Assembly (NCBI RefSeq): GCF_006345805.1
Contig: NC_043005.1
Location: 99,572,001 to 99,636,000 of the forward strand
Direction: 5' to 3'
Source of the DNA: Octopus sinensis
Lineage: Eukaryota
DNA length: 64,000 nucleotides
Shown here in pieces: positions 63,020 to 64,000 of the stretch. Every line of letters starts with the position of its first letter. The first letter of the stretch is position 1. A model generated the notes under the pieces. The model saw only the letters and a list, made by a program, of their open reading frames with translations. It was not told the origin of the DNA and searched no databases. Position numbers and translations under genes: made by a program.

Positions 63020-63560
63020 ATCCATTCAGCTCATTTGATCATTTTTTCTCCATATTTCATTGCCATATAACAGCACTGATTCAACAGCTGCAATGAACAG
63101 CTTCATTTTGACTTGCCTGAGCAATTTGGTAATCCAAACTTTCTTTACATTGTGACAGGCTGTCCATGCCTGTGTCTTCCTGATCTTGATGTCTGCTTCC
63201 AAACTGCTAACCCAACCACCTAAGTACTTGAAGTCTTCAGCAACATTCAATTTGGAGCCACTCAGAGCAAACAGTTCAACATCACTTGATTGGTTGAAAG
63301 ACATGTATTCCATTTTCTTAATGTCCTATATTTGCAACGGCTGCTTCTACTCTGCTGAACAGCTGTTTAGCTTGATCTATCAGATATGAGTGATCTATTA
63401 GATGAGAGTGATGAATCATCTTCGAAGTCCAGGTCGGTGATGGTTACTGCTGACACTCTCCATGATCATTGCTGGTCGATGATGAAACCAAGGTCTCTGT
63501 CACAGTCGTCTATTGGATTATGCATTGTGCAAGCATATCTCCTTGTAGCACTCCAGCTAG
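63020..63560 (-). pseudogene. Degenerate RT of a further RTE-like LINE family (RT domains 4-7 and thumb)
   Basis: Minus strand encodes AGVLQGD, ITDLDFEDD, EDFKYLG, KMKLFIAAVESVLLYG. Confidence 0.75.
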
Positions 63561-63819
63561 TCATCATCATCATCATCAACATCATCATCATCATTGTTTA
63601 ATGTCTGCTTTCCATGCTGGCATGGGTTGGACGGTTTGACTGAGGAATGGTGAGCCAGAGGCTGCACTAGGCTCAATCTGGTCTGACAAAGTTTCTACAG
63701 CTGGATGCCCTTTCTAACACCAACCACTCCAAGAGTGTAGTGGGTGCTTTTTACATGCCACTGGCACAAAGGCCAGTCAGGCAGTTCTGGCAGCGACCAC
63801 ACTCATGTTTGCATTAGAA

Positions 63820-64000
63820 AGAATTCAGAGTACTGGCTCCTGAAGTTATCAAGAAGTGCAATATGGGTGAAATAATACTGGATTTTGTGAATAAGCTCTT
63901 ACAGATCCAAGAAAGTCCAGATCAGTGGTCCAAGATTAGCTTGATACCAAAGCCAGTCAGGAAACCTCAGCAATGAAACTAACTATGGAGGAATTGCACT
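63820..64000 (+). pseudogene. RT N-terminal region of an RTE-like LINE, running off the window
   Basis: APEVIKKC...DQWSKISLIPKP...NYGGIA(L), resembling the IIPVPK..GD...NYRGISL region. Confidence 0.6.

Overview
AT-rich, repeat-saturated animal DNA. The SINE, RTE and CR1 families resemble those I recognise from Octopus genomes (inference, no search run). I found no convincing host protein-coding exon, so this is probably intergenic or a large intron. Most ORF-track entries are artefacts of (TA)n/(CA)n microsatellites or SINEs. Real coding remnants are all transposon-derived: a near-intact full-length CR1-type LINE (39.4-43.5 kb; ORF1 with two CCCH fingers, one +1 slip in ORF2), a 5'-truncated RTE LINE with a PHD finger inside its RT (44.4-47.6 kb), a second CR1 3' half, several mariner derivatives, a Chapaev3-like remnant and Helitron-type elements. 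The main finding is a set of small non-coding units carrying type I hammerhead ribozyme (HHR) motifs. These are a young 361/362-bp tandem array with one HHR per unit (17.3-18.6 kb), a homologous 352-bp unit with a canonical HHR (32.9-33.3 kb), an older 336-bp unit (54.8-55.2 kb), a tRNA-headed SINE ending in an HHR (16.7-17.0 kb) and a long-stem-II family (18.6 and 22.2 kb). Together they look like a retrozyme / Penelope-pLTR system that could produce self-cleaved, possibly circular, RNAs of about 340-360 nt. Coordinates of degenerate repeats are approximate.
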